Source: Gammaproteobacteria bacterium
Lineage (GTDB): Bacteria; Pseudomonadota; Gammaproteobacteria; Pseudomonadales; Halieaceae
Direction: 5' to 3'
Length of the DNA stretch: 64,000 bases
Assembly (NCBI GenBank): GCA_030427485.1
Contig: JAUICG010000004.1
Span: forward strand, 122,955 to 186,954
Below the pieces are notes generated by a model. That model did not search any database and was not told the DNA's origin. It worked only from the letters and a program-made list of their open reading frames with translations. The translations under genes were made by a program, and so were the position numbers. Positions 53,198-62,954 of this stretch are shown here, one piece after another. Each line of letters begins with the position of its first letter. Position 1 is the stretch's first letter.

Positions 53198-55423
53198 TCA
53201 ATACTCGTAAGCGAGGGAGAACACATAATTACGCGGCGTGGACGTGCCCACCCGCACCGCGGCGAATGCATCCGACGTCGTCAAGGCCTGGCTGAGCTGG
53301 TACTCCTCGTCGGTCACGTTGCCTGCGTTGAACTGTATTTTCCACGGCCCCTGTTTGTAGTAAGCGGCGAGGTCGATTTGCGTCCATTCGTCGTAGGTGC
53401 CGTTGTTCTCGGTGCTGATGTACACCTCGTCCTGGTAGAACAGGCCGCCGCCCAAGCCACCGAAGCCAGGGCCGAGTGGGAACTCATAGAATGTGAACAC
53501 GTTGAAGTTGTTGTCCGCAATGCCCGGCAGCGAATTGCCCTCGGGGAAGTTGTCGTTAAATTGACCGGTACCGCCATCGGCGATGTTGCTGTCGATGTAT
53601 GCATAGCCGGCCTGTATGCGCCAGCGGTCGGTGATGTAACCCACGGCTTCCAGTTCCACGCCGGAACTCTCGATCGCGCCGATGTTGCCAAAGAACCGGT
53701 CTTCCGGCGGTGCGTCGGGGTTCTGTATATAGGCCACGTCTTCCTTCCTGATATCGTACAGTGTCGCCGTCAGCAGCAACTGCTCGTGCGGTTCCCACTT
53801 GGCGCCGAGTTCCCACGCCTCCGAGGTTTCCGGTTCTATCGGCTCTTCGAACTCGTCCAGCCGGCCGGCGGTGTTCGTGTAGCCTTGCGAGTAGCTGACG
53901 TAGACGGACATGTCTTCGCGCAGGTTATACACCACGCCCGTCCTCAGGCTGAAGTTGTCATCGTCGTAGTCCTCAAGGTTGTCCTCATACCACGAGTAGC
54001 GCCCACCGATCAGCCACGCCCAGTGTTCGTTGAAGTCAATGTAGTCGAGCAGGTTGACGCCGTACTCGTCATAATCCTGGTTGGTCGTGTTACCGCGATC
54101 ACTGAGCCCGAAGAAAACGCCATCTTCGATGCGGATTTCTTCGTCCGTTGTAGCGACGGGCCGCCTATCGCGTATTGAATAGTCGCGGCTCTGCACGTTG
54201 AAATACACAGGCCTGTCACTGCGGTAACTGGTGGATTCGGTGGAGAAGTCCTCGTACGTGAAGGACACCAGGGCCTGGTGTGAGAAATCCAGGCCATCGG
54301 TAAATCTAAACGTGTTCTTCAGGTCGTAGCGGCTGGTATCGCCGTCGCCATCGGACTTGCGCGGGTCGATCACGACCATGTTTTCGTCCGCTGTGCCCGG
54401 AGCACCCACGACGGCGGCGTTTGCACCGATATATAGCGGCGACGAGTCGAAGTTGGTCTTGTCGTTCTTCGTGTAGTTGAAGTCGAAGTCCAGTGTCCAG
54501 ATTGCGTTGATCTCGCGCGACGCGAACAGGTATGTGCGCGAGGATTCCGCCTTCGTCCTACGGTTCCAGTCCGGTATGCCGAAGAACAGGGTGGCGTCGA
54601 GCAGGTCGCCGTAAAAATACCCGTCCACGCTGTTGCCCTGCAGTACCTGGCCGCGGTCCTGGGTGTACTCGTCGTCGATGTACTCGTAGCCGAGCGTCAC
54701 GCGAGTGCGGTCATCCGGCAGCCAGGTCACGCTGGGATTCAGCAGCAGGCGCTTGCGTTCGACCTCGTCGCGGTAGCTCTCGGAATCCTCGTAAGCGCCG
54801 ACCAGGCGGCCGGCGAACTGCTCGCTGTCGGTCAGTGCGCCGGTCGCGTCGAACTCGCCTTTCCTGAACGAATCGCTGCCGTACAGCGCCTCGACGCTCG
54901 CTCCGCGCTCCAGTTCCGGACGCTTGGTGTAATAGTTGATGATACCGCCTGGTTCGCCCTGGCCGTACAACAGGGCCGAAGGCCCCTTCAACACTTCGAT
55001 GCGATCGATGTTCGCCGTTTCCGTCGACGGGATATTGGAGGCGTTCAACGGGTTGTTGATGCGCGCGCCGTCCTTGTAGATCGATTGCGAGGCATCGAAA
55101 CCGCGGATCGAGAACTTCTCCTCGCCGCCGTTGCCGGTCTTGAACTTGGTCACGCCGGCGACGTTGCGCAGGGCATCGTCCACGTTGTTGACCTGCTGGT
55201 CTTTCAGCAGGTCCTCAGTGATCACACTCACTGCGGCCGGCGTTTCCAGCAGCTTCAGGTCGAGTCCGATGGCGGAGTCCGCGCTGTCGATGCGATAGTC
55301 GCGGTAGTGGGCGGTGACGATCACCTCTTCCAGCGCGGACTCCTGCGCGGCCGCAAGCGGCGACGAGTCGGCGAGGGCGCAGGCCAATAGTCCGCAGGGT
55401 AACAAGTTTTTGATGTCGGGCAC
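53198..55423 (-). CDS. TonB-dependent receptor
   Basis: 741 aa. Signal peptide ...LLACALADSSPLAAA. TonB box EEVIVTA. Plug motif IEVLKGPSALLYGQGEPGGIINYYTKRP. C-terminal ...NYVFSLAYEY. Confidence 0.92.
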   Translation of the reverse strand: MPDIKNLLPCGLLACALADSSPLAAAQESALEEVIVTAHYRDYRIDSADSAIGLDLKLLETPAAVSVITEDLLKDQQVNNVDDALRNVAGVTKFKTGNGGEEKFSIRGFDASQSIYKDGARINNPLNASNIPSTETANIDRIEVLKGPSALLYGQGEPGGIINYYTKRPELERGASVEALYGSDSFRKGEFDATGALTDSEQFAGRLVGAYEDSESYRDEVERKRLLLNPSVTWLPDDRTRVTLGYEYIDDEYTQDRGQVLQGNSVDGYFYGDLLDATLFFGIPDWNRRTKAESSRTYLFASREINAIWTLDFDFNYTKNDKTNFDSSPLYIGANAAVVGAPGTADENMVVIDPRKSDGDGDTSRYDLKNTFRFTDGLDFSHQALVSFTYEDFSTESTSYRSDRPVYFNVQSRDYSIRDRRPVATTDEEIRIEDGVFFGLSDRGNTTNQDYDEYGVNLLDYIDFNEHWAWLIGGRYSWYEDNLEDYDDDNFSLRTGVVYNLREDMSVYVSYSQGYTNTAGRLDEFEEPIEPETSEAWELGAKWEPHEQLLLTATLYDIRKEDVAYIQNPDAPPEDRFFGNIGAIESSGVELEAVGYITDRWRIQAGYAYIDSNIADGGTGQFNDNFPEGNSLPGIADNNFNVFTFYEFPLGPGFGGLGGGLFYQDEVYISTENNGTYDEWTQIDLAAYYKQGPWKIQFNAGNVTDEEYQLSQALTTSDAFAAVRVGTSTPRNYVFSLAYEY

Positions 55424-55467
55424 GGTTCGCGGGCATGGTGATGGAAGGTGGGCGCGAGTATAACTAA

Positions 55468-55490
55468 ATGAGAATGATTATTGTAATTAT
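55468..55490. promoter_or_regulatory. Fur-box-like site upstream of the minus-strand receptor
   Basis: AATGAGAATGATTATTGTAATTAT, 45 nt upstream of ATG 55423. It contains GAGAATGATTATT, which resembles the Fur consensus. Confidence 0.55.
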
Positions 55491-55558
55491 TTCGCGTTGG
55501 CATTTTGCCAGGTTGGTGACGACTCGGGGAGCGACCGGGAAAAAGGTGCCTGGCAGGA

Positions 55559-55678
55559 CTACTTGATTTTCCTGCCTTTGCAGACCTTGTCCCTGTTCTT
55601 GACGACAGCACCGCATTTCCTGCACTCATAGTGGTTGGTTTTGCGCTTGTGCGTCGACTTGCCCTTCCTGCATCCCAT
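55559..55678 (-). CDS. Small (39 aa) very basic zinc-ribbon-like protein
   Basis: Below the ORF-track cut-off. The product is MGCRKGKSTHKRKTNHYECRKCGAVVKNRDKVCKGRKIK, with CxxC plus a distal C. An AGGAGA RBS lies 7-8 nt upstream of the ATG. The gene sits inside shadow ORF 55321-55629. Confidence 0.45.
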   Translation of the reverse strand: MGCRKGKSTHKRKTNHYECRKCGAVVKNRDKVCKGRKIK

Positions 55679-55886
55679 AATTGTCAGTCTCCTGTTATTG
55701 GGCAATACGATGCCCTAAGTAGGAGCGGGAATCCACTCGCCGCGCTGTCGAGATTGTCGAAACCCCTTTTGTTGCACGAAACGCCGGGACGTGCCCCGGT
55801 TATCGCTGGTCAACATTGGGGAGCGGGTGAGCAGCTAACGATAATCGGGGACAGCGGTACTCCGCCGTATCTGTCGGCGCCGCTTT

Positions 55887-56747
55887 TCACAGGCTTCCGA
55901 ATGTACCGCGTTGCAGGTCCTCGAAGGCCTGCAGAATTTCCTGCCGGGTGTTCATCACGAAGGGGCCATGGCCCACGACAGGCTCATTAATCGGCTCGCC
56001 ACTGAGCAGCAGGACCAGGCTGTTTTGCGCGGCCTGCAGCCTGACCCCGGTGTCCCGGCGGCTGAGTAACGCCATATTGCCGTCACCGACAGGGTCCGAG
56101 CCATTCACACTGACTTCGCCTTCCAGGATTACCACGGCCGTGGTCCAGCCTTCCGGCAGGTCAAACCGGGCTTGCCCGCCGGCGTTGAGTTTCAAGTCCC
56201 AAATCTGCATCGGGCTGAACGTATTGGCCGGGCCCGGTTGGCCGTCAAAACTGCCGGCGATCGGGCGCAGGGTTCCGGCGTTGTTATCCAGCACCACTTC
56301 GGGGATGTCCGCGCTGGTGATGGCCTGGTATCCCGGCCTGGTCATCTTGTCCTGCCTGGGCAGATTGACCCAGAGCTGGACCATTTGCAAATCGCCGCCG
56401 CTGCGGCTGAACGCACTGGAGTGGAATTCCTCGTGCAGAATACCGGCGCCGGCGGTCATCCACTGCACATCGCCGGGGCCGATAACCCCGCCCTGGCCGG
56501 TCGAGTCACGATGCTCCACCTCGCCCTGATAGACGATGGTGACCGTCTCGAAACCACGGTGCGGGTGTTCGCCCACGCCACGTTTCATCCCGTCGGCCGG
56601 AAAGCGCATCGGGCCGGCGTGATCCAGCAGCAGGAAGGGGCTCATCCGGGCGGCCTGATCGTGATAGGAAAACAGTGAACGGACCGGGAAGCCGTTGCCC
56701 ACCCAGTGGGGCGTGGGCGCCTTGATAATGCCGGATAGGGTTTTCAT
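55887..56747 (-). CDS. Pirin family protein
   Basis: The in-frame ATG at 56747 has an AGGAGAAT RBS. The product reads MKTLSGIIKAPTPHWVGNGFPVRSLF...GVGEHPHRGFETVTIVYQGEVEHRDSTG...VQWMTAGAGILHEE, a cupin with metal-binding His residues. The upstream 305 codons of the track ORF are antisense to the LysR gene. Confidence 0.9.
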   Translation of the reverse strand: MKTLSGIIKAPTPHWVGNGFPVRSLFSYHDQAARMSPFLLLDHAGPMRFPADGMKRGVGEHPHRGFETVTIVYQGEVEHRDSTGQGGVIGPGDVQWMTAGAGILHEEFHSSAFSRSGGDLQMVQLWVNLPRQDKMTRPGYQAITSADIPEVVLDNNAGTLRPIAGSFDGQPGPANTFSPMQIWDLKLNAGGQARFDLPEGWTTAVVILEGEVSVNGSDPVGDGNMALLSRRDTGVRLQAAQNSLVLLLSGEPINEPVVGHGPFVMNTRQEILQAFEDLQRGTFGSL

Positions 56748-56843
56748 AAAATTCTCCTGAGATTTCACTTGTTGTGATGATATACGCGGTACAGCGATTG
56801 GGTAGACTGCTAAAATGAGCCTCACTGTTGCACTGGTGGAACG

Positions 56844-57755
56844 ATGGTCATGCAGGATCTCAACGATCTCTATTATTTTGTGAAGGCGGTGGAATACGGC
56901 GGCTTTGCTCCGGCCGGTCGGGCGCTCTGTATTCCCAAGTCTACGCTGAGCCGCAGGATCGCAGCGCTGGAAAAACGGCTGGACACCCAACTGATCTACC
57001 GTTCCACCCGCAGCTTTCATCTGACAGAAGTGGGGCAGACCTATTTCCAACACTGCAAGGCTATGCTGGAGGAGGCCGAATCGGCGCAGGAAGCCATCGA
57101 TTCGTTGAAATCCGAGCCCAGAGGCACCGTGCGCCTGGCCTGTCCCATCGCGCTGTTGCATGCCCATATTGGCTGCATGCTGGCCGAATTCATGGTGCGT
57201 TATCCCCAGGTGAGCATCCAGCTGGAAGCCACTAATCGTCGCGTGGACCTGGTCGCCGAAGGCGTGGACGTGGCGATTCGGGTGCGTCCGCCGCCGCTGG
57301 AGGACAGCGACCTCATTCTGCGGGAGTTTTCGAAGCGCAGATTGAGCCTGGTGGCCAGCCCGGGCCTGGTAGACGCCCACGGCCATCCCAACCATCTGCG
57401 AGACCTGTGTGGCTGGCCCAGCCTGGGACTGGGCCAGCCTCAATACCAGTTTACCTGGCGCTGGAACTCGCCGGACAACGAAAGCGTCGAGGCGCCGTTC
57501 AAGCCGCGTTTTGTGACCACCGATATGGTGGCCTTGCGCAATGCGGCCCTGGCCGGGGTGGGGGTGGTGCAACTGCCGACCCTGATGGTCACCGAGCAGA
57601 TCAGGGACGGCAGTTTGATCCGGCTGCTCGACGGCTGGCATGCGCCGCCGGATATCATCCACGCGGTATTTCCGTCCCGCCGGGGCTTATTGCCTTCGGT
57701 CAGGGCGCTGATTGACTTCCTGGCCGAGCGTTATGCCAGCTTCGATGAGGAGTAG
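56844..57755 (+). CDS. LysR-family transcriptional regulator
   Basis: 303 aa. N-terminal HTH LNDLYYFVKAVEYGGFAPAGRALCIPKSTLSRRIAALE. Divergent from the pirin gene. Confidence 0.92.
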   Translation: MVMQDLNDLYYFVKAVEYGGFAPAGRALCIPKSTLSRRIAALEKRLDTQLIYRSTRSFHLTEVGQTYFQHCKAMLEEAESAQEAIDSLKSEPRGTVRLACPIALLHAHIGCMLAEFMVRYPQVSIQLEATNRRVDLVAEGVDVAIRVRPPPLEDSDLILREFSKRRLSLVASPGLVDAHGHPNHLRDLCGWPSLGLGQPQYQFTWRWNSPDNESVEAPFKPRFVTTDMVALRNAALAGVGVVQLPTLMVTEQIRDGSLIRLLDGWHAPPDIIHAVFPSRRGLLPSVRALIDFLAERYASFDEE

Positions 57756-57766
57756 TTCAATTCCCC

Positions 57767-59677
57767 TCAACCAATTTCTTTCGTATAGTCTTTCGGCGGC
57801 GGCGTCCAGCCGCGTTCGGCGCCGCTGTGCCTGTCATCCGGACTCTGCTGCATCATCGCCGTGAGCTGCTCCTGGAATTTGATAAACAGTTGGCGATACT
57901 GGTGATCGAAGCCGACGTTTTCACCTTCATTGCGCCAGCTGTGGAACAGCTCTTCAAAAAAACTGTGTTCGGCGCGGGTGAAGTGCTGCTTCAATTGCTC
58001 GGCCTGAAACGGGTGTATACCCAAACGCTGTAACACCTCGCCGCCCATCTGCAGCGCGGAGTTATACACCTCGCTGATCACATAATCGGCGCCGGCATCG
58101 TTGAGTTCGTAGTGGTGACCGCGATCATAGGCGCGTACCAGCACCTCGACATGGGGATGGGCGTGTTTGACGTGTTTAACCATTTCCACTGCCCTGGTTC
58201 TGTCGTCGATGGCGATGACCAGCAGGCGAGCGTCGTCGATGCCGGCGGTATGCAGTAGCTCGGAACGGCCGGCATCGCCGTAGTAACTCTTGATATTGAT
58301 TTTGCGCAGGGTATCCACCTGGCTGGCCTTGTAGTCCAGCACCACGGTGGGAATCTGGTTGGCAATCAACAGGCGATTGACGACCTGGCCAAAACGACCG
58401 ATGCCGGCGATGATCACCGGGCCCAGCTCGTCCACCGTACTGGTTTGTGGGCCTGATTCCTGTTGTCGATAGCGCGGCTGTATAATTTTTTCGAACAGGA
58501 TGAACAACGCCGGGGTCAGAAACATGGACAGCGCCACCACCATGGACAGCAGTTGCGCCAGCGCATTGTCCAGCACGTGTTGGCCGACGGCATACGTCAA
58601 CAATACAAAACCGAATTCACCCGCCTGGGCCAGGCTCAATGTAAACAGCCAGCGGTCACTGGCGTGCACGCCGAACAGGATCGCCAGGCCGAAGAGCAGG
58701 AGCGCCTTCAATATCATCAGGCCCACCGCCAGGCCGACGACAGTTGTGAGGTTTGCGCTGAGAATGTCGAAGTTGATGCCCGCACCAACGGTGATAAAAA
58801 ACAGCCCGAGCAGGAGCCCCTTGAAGGGTTCGATATCGGCTTCCAGTTCGTGCCGAAATTCACTGTTGGCCAGTACCACTCCGGCCAGGAACGTACCGAG
58901 CGCGGGGGACAGGCCGACCAGGCTCATCAGGGCTGCAATCCCGATCACCAGCATCAATGCCGCCGCGGTAAACGCTTCGCGCAGGCCCGACTCGGCTACA
59001 TAGCGAAACAGCGGTCGACTGAGAAAATGCCCGGCGATCACCAGGCCTGTGATTGAGAGCAGCACTACCAGCGCTGCCGCCCAGTTGGGCAGCCCGGCGA
59101 CCAGGCTGATGGTCTGCTGGTGGTCGGGGCCGTGAGCGGCGTCACCGGCGCCGGCCTGTAACGCGGGCAGGGCCAGCAGGGGCAGTAACGCGAGCATGGG
59201 AATGACGGCGATATCCTGGAACAGCAAGACCGAGAACGCACTGCGGCCGCCCTCGGTTTTACTCAACCCCTTTTCGTTGAAGGTCTGCAATACGATTGCG
59301 GTAGACGAGAGTGAGAACATCAGGCCAATGGCGACAGCGGTGCGCCACTGTTGACCCAGTGCCAGCGCAATGGCGGAGATCACCAGCGCGGTCAAAAGCA
59401 CCTGCAGGCCGCCAAGGCCAAACAGGCGATTGCGCATCTCCCAGAGGGTGGCCGGTTGCAGTTCCAGCCCCACCAGAAACAGCATCATCACCACACCGAA
59501 CTCCGCAAAGTGCTGAATGGTGGTGGTTTCCTGTCCGACCAGGCCTGTCAGTGGGCCGATAATGACGCCGGCAATCAGGTAGCCCAGCACTGACCCCAGG
59601 CCGAGGCGTTTGGCCAGAGGCACCATCACGACGGCGGCGCATAAATAGATAAAAGCCTGGATAAAAATTGCGGTCAT
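57767..59677 (-). CDS. Glutathione-regulated K+-efflux antiporter, KefB/KefC type (CPA2 + RCK/KTN)
   Basis: 636 aa. 12-13 TM Na_H_Exchanger domain, then the Rossmann motif VIIAGIGRFGQVV (GxGxxG). Confidence 0.9.
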   Translation of the reverse strand: MTAIFIQAFIYLCAAVVMVPLAKRLGLGSVLGYLIAGVIIGPLTGLVGQETTTIQHFAEFGVVMMLFLVGLELQPATLWEMRNRLFGLGGLQVLLTALVISAIALALGQQWRTAVAIGLMFSLSSTAIVLQTFNEKGLSKTEGGRSAFSVLLFQDIAVIPMLALLPLLALPALQAGAGDAAHGPDHQQTISLVAGLPNWAAALVVLLSITGLVIAGHFLSRPLFRYVAESGLREAFTAAALMLVIGIAALMSLVGLSPALGTFLAGVVLANSEFRHELEADIEPFKGLLLGLFFITVGAGINFDILSANLTTVVGLAVGLMILKALLLFGLAILFGVHASDRWLFTLSLAQAGEFGFVLLTYAVGQHVLDNALAQLLSMVVALSMFLTPALFILFEKIIQPRYRQQESGPQTSTVDELGPVIIAGIGRFGQVVNRLLIANQIPTVVLDYKASQVDTLRKINIKSYYGDAGRSELLHTAGIDDARLLVIAIDDRTRAVEMVKHVKHAHPHVEVLVRAYDRGHHYELNDAGADYVISEVYNSALQMGGEVLQRLGIHPFQAEQLKQHFTRAEHSFFEELFHSWRNEGENVGFDHQYRQLFIKFQEQLTAMMQQSPDDRHSGAERGWTPPPKDYTKEIG

Positions 59678-60294
59678 GCCCGTTTCTCCAGAAGGCTATC
59701 GACATAGGGATTAATCGTGAGCGCGTCGTCCGGCAAATCAGCAGCGAGGTTGCCTTCGGTGAGCGCATCCAGTAAACGTCGCCAGCGGGCAACATGATCG
59801 CCCACGCGGCCTTCCTCGGCCGCGGTGCGTGCACCGAAGAGGGCAAACGGCGGTAGATACCTCATGCCTGTCAGGGAAGCTGTTTGCTCCAGCGGTTGTA
59901 ACAATTCGCGAATGGTGAAGTGGTTGTAGCCATCGGCGTGATAGGCCTTTTCAGCGCCGCCCGCGCTAAGCACGCACAAGAATGCTTTGCCATGGAGCGC
60001 CGTGCCGTCCTGGCCGTAAGCAAAACCGTATTCCAGCACCAGGTCCTGCCATTCTTTCAATATAGAGGGCGTGGAATACCAGTAAAGCGGAAACATGAAC
60101 ACGATGACGTCGTGGTCGCGCAAGCGCTGCTGTTCCCGCTCGATATCAATCAGGTAGGTCGGGTATTCACGGTAAAGATCTACCAGGGTGACATTGTCGC
60201 GATGTCTGGAGGCTTCAAGCAGTTGTCGGTTCACCTCGGAACGATGCAGCGAGGGGTGGGCAAAGAGGATCAATACCCGTTGCTGTGTAGGCAT
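59674..60294 (-). CDS. KefF/KefG-type flavodoxin-like NAD(P)H oxidoreductase (Kef ancillary subunit)
   Basis: 206 aa. VLILFAHPSLHRSEVNRQLL...VIVFMFPLYWYSTPSILKEWQDLVL resembles E. coli KefG/KefF as I remember it. ATGA overlap with the antiporter gene. Confidence 0.85.
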   Translation of the reverse strand: MPTQQRVLILFAHPSLHRSEVNRQLLEASRHRDNVTLVDLYREYPTYLIDIEREQQRLRDHDVIVFMFPLYWYSTPSILKEWQDLVLEYGFAYGQDGTALHGKAFLCVLSAGGAEKAYHADGYNHFTIRELLQPLEQTASLTGMRYLPPFALFGARTAAEEGRVGDHVARWRRLLDALTEGNLAADLPDDALTINPYVDSLLEKRA

Positions 60295-60761
60295 TACTGG
60301 CTCCCGGAAATTGTTGCCTGGCGGCGTACTCCCTGTTGCGTGGGTTATGCAATGTGGGAATTTCCGCCAGTTTATAGTGTCTATAACAATTACTTAATGG
60401 CTGCCGGCGAGAATTGCCGAATTCAGGTCACGCTCGGTGTCGGCGGGCGGGCCCGCTGCCCGTACGTCAAAGTCGTAAAAAGTTGCGTGTTCGGAAACCT
60501 GTGGATTTTTTCCCTTTTTTCCCCGCGTTTGTGAGGACTAGTATGGGTCGGGCAGGTAGCAGCCAGGTCTGTGTCAGAGCCTGCGGTGGAGCGGTGTATG
60601 AAACGCATAAGAGAAAACAAACCCGTCAGTGCCAGGCATGATCAGCCGCGGGAGACGATCACGATGCTGGCAATTCTTGCGCTCTCCACGCGGCAGATCG
60701 AGGAAGGCAGGATGCAGGCTGCTAGGGATGTCCTGCAGCGAACCAGGGTGCGCAGCAAGCC

Positions 60762-60792
60762 TCGCTGAGTCACGACCGTCGTGACTCAGCGA
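60762..60792. other. Perfect 14-bp-stem hairpin in a 640-nt intergenic region
   Basis: TCGCTGAGTCACGA-ccg-TCGTGACTCAGCGA. No T-tract follows, so it is not a canonical intrinsic terminator. Confidence 0.6.
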
Positions 60793-60935
60793 CTGTGACA
60801 GGGTGGGAAGCCGCTGGCGGAAGTCGCGGGGCAGCTCGCCCGAATCCGAAGACTGCCACAATAAACGTTGACGATGACTGTATAACCTGAACAAACTGCG
60901 AGTCAGGAGTTTCAGCGAAAACGGCAGCGCACTCG

Positions 60936-61583
60936 ATGACAACAGACCGTGACTTACTGACGACCCGGCCCGCGGCGGATGCTGGCGGCGCCAGCAACAT
61001 TCCCACGGGCGAGGCTATTGCCGGCCTCCACCGGTCGTTTCTCAATGCAGACGATTGGCCGGGCGATCTAGCCACGCGGTCCGGCGCAGACATCTGGACC
61101 CTGATAGCGAACAACCACCGCTGCAACAGTTTGCTGTGGTTGGAGGAGAGCAACGTCCGGCGCCCCGGCGCCTCGGATGCGCGCATCGCGGCCGGCCAAC
61201 GGGCCATTAACCGGTACAATCAGCAGCGCAATGAGACGGTCGAACAGATCGATGAGCTGATACTGTCCTTGCTGGCGCCGGTAGTGCCGGCATCTGATGC
61301 CTGGCTGAACAGCGAAACTGCCGGCTCAATCATCGATAGATTGTCTATCCTCACGCTGAAGATTCACCATTGGCATCAGCAGTGCGCGTTTGAGGACCAG
61401 GCGCCCGCTCATCAGCGGCGCGCCGCGGACACGCTGGACCAGTTGCGCGACCAGCACGCCGATCTCGTGCACTGTTTCCAGCATCTCATGGACAATTGCG
61501 TGAAAGGTTCTGCCAGGTTCAGGCGCTACCGTCAGCACCGGCTTTACAACGCTGCCCGAAACCCCGAATCCGGCGCGGACTGA
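60936..61583 (+). CDS. DUF4254 domain protein
   Basis: 215 aa. ...NHRCNSLLWLEESNVRR...INRYNQQRNETVEQIDELIL...IIDRLSILTLKIHH matches my memory of DUF4254, which often sits next to GT9 genes. Confidence 0.6.
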   Translation: MTTDRDLLTTRPAADAGGASNIPTGEAIAGLHRSFLNADDWPGDLATRSGADIWTLIANNHRCNSLLWLEESNVRRPGASDARIAAGQRAINRYNQQRNETVEQIDELILSLLAPVVPASDAWLNSETAGSIIDRLSILTLKIHHWHQQCAFEDQAPAHQRRAADTLDQLRDQHADLVHCFQHLMDNCVKGSARFRRYRQHRLYNAARNPESGAD

Positions 61584-61595
61584 GGCGGCTCCTGT

Positions 61596-62954
61596 ATGCC
61601 CGGCCCATTCAGCCCCTTTCCCGCCATGCGCTCGCGTACTTCCGGCAGATCCGCGCGTTCCCTCCGCGCGCTGCAGCGGACACTGGAAAGCCAGGGCGGC
61701 GGCGCGGCGCAATGGCACAGCCTGGGTGAAATGCTGTTGCAGGAGCACCGCTTCGAGGACGGCCTCGGCGCCATGCGGATGGCGGTGCAACTGGCACCCG
61801 GCAACACGCGTTTTTGCTGTGGCCTGGCAACGGCGCTCAGCTGGAACCGGCGATACGAGGAGGCCATAGACTTGCGCCGGTCGCTGCAACAGCTGAATGG
61901 CCGGGAGCTTGCCGCGCTGGCCGATGACCTGAAGTACACGCACGATTTCGACGGCGCCATCGAGGCTGTGGATGCCGCCGAGCGCGAAGGCAGGGCGATT
62001 CCGGCGGCGAAGGTGGTGCGCGGTATCGCGCGGCTCTTCCTGGGGCGTTACCGGGACGGATTTGCCGACATGGAGTATCGCTTTGACGGCGGCCTGGCGA
62101 AGCTGCCCGGCAATATACCGCTGCGCCGCTGGAATGGTGAGCAGCGCTACGGATTGCGCTTGCTGGTGTGTCCCGACCAGGGCCTGGGCGACGACATCAT
62201 GATGACGCGCTTCCTGCCTGCGCTCACGGCGGCCGGCGTGCGAGTCACTTTTCTCGCCCGTGCGCCGCTGGAGGCCCTGATGAAGGACTCGCCCATCGGC
62301 GCGACGGTGCAGAGCGTGGTGCGTGATTTTTCACAGTTTGACGCCTGGTGCCCGGTGGGCAGCCTGCCGCATTTTCTGGGTTGCGCCACAGTCCCGCCGC
62401 CGACCGTGTTATCGCCGACCGCAGCCGCGCTGCGCTACGGCCGATCCGTTACCGCCGGTCATGCCGGCACCTTCAAGATAGGCGTGTGCTGGACTGGCAA
62501 CCCGAACTACCCGCGCAATGCGATGCGCTCCGCGTCTCCGCGGTTGTTCGAGACGCTGGCGCGCCGTGACGGGGTGACGCTGTTCAGCCTGTGCCACGGT
62601 GCGGATGTCGATGCGCTCGCCGGCGCCGGTATGCGATCGGCGGTGGTCGACGCCTGTTCAGACGCCGATTTCGCGGATACCGCCGGTGTTATCGCACAGC
62701 TGGACCTGGTGGTTTCCACCGACACCGCAGTGGTGCACCTGGCTGCAAGCCTTGGCAAGCCGGTCTGGAACCTGCTCCCGGAAGAGGGGTTCTGGCAGTA
62801 CGGCGCCGCTGGCGATACCACGCCGTGGTATCCGTCGATGCGCCTGTTCAGGCAGGCCGGGCGCGGTGACTGGGACGGCGTGATCACGCGGGTGCAAGGC
62901 GCGCTGGCGGAGCAGATTCAGGCAAGTGCGGGTACTGCAAACAGGTCGTCGTGA
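61596..62954 (+). CDS. TPR + glycosyltransferase family 9 (heptosyltransferase-like) protein
   Basis: 452 aa. N-terminal TPRs. C-terminal ...IAQLDLVVSTDTAVVHLAASLGKPVWNLLP, typical of the GT9 donor-binding region. Confidence 0.75.
   Translation: MPGPFSPFPAMRSRTSGRSARSLRALQRTLESQGGGAAQWHSLGEMLLQEHRFEDGLGAMRMAVQLAPGNTRFCCGLATALSWNRRYEEAIDLRRSLQQLNGRELAALADDLKYTHDFDGAIEAVDAAEREGRAIPAAKVVRGIARLFLGRYRDGFADMEYRFDGGLAKLPGNIPLRRWNGEQRYGLRLLVCPDQGLGDDIMMTRFLPALTAAGVRVTFLARAPLEALMKDSPIGATVQSVVRDFSQFDAWCPVGSLPHFLGCATVPPPTVLSPTAAALRYGRSVTAGHAGTFKIGVCWTGNPNYPRNAMRSASPRLFETLARRDGVTLFSLCHGADVDALAGAGMRSAVVDACSDADFADTAGVIAQLDLVVSTDTAVVHLAASLGKPVWNLLPEEGFWQYGAAGDTTPWYPSMRLFRQAGRGDWDGVITRVQGALAEQIQASAGTANRSS

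Noticed and set aside
56748-57662. N-terminal 305 codons of the 591-aa ORF 55887-57662
   Set aside because: Only the last 286 codons are pirin, with their own RBS and ATG at 56747. The upstream part is antisense to the LysR gene and is R/H/Q-rich.
60571-60768. 65-aa ORF (MSEPAVERCMKRIRENKP...) as a small antitoxin-like gene
   Set aside because: There is no RBS and no partner gene. The product is Arg-rich in a GC-rich region. I kept only the hairpin as an observation.
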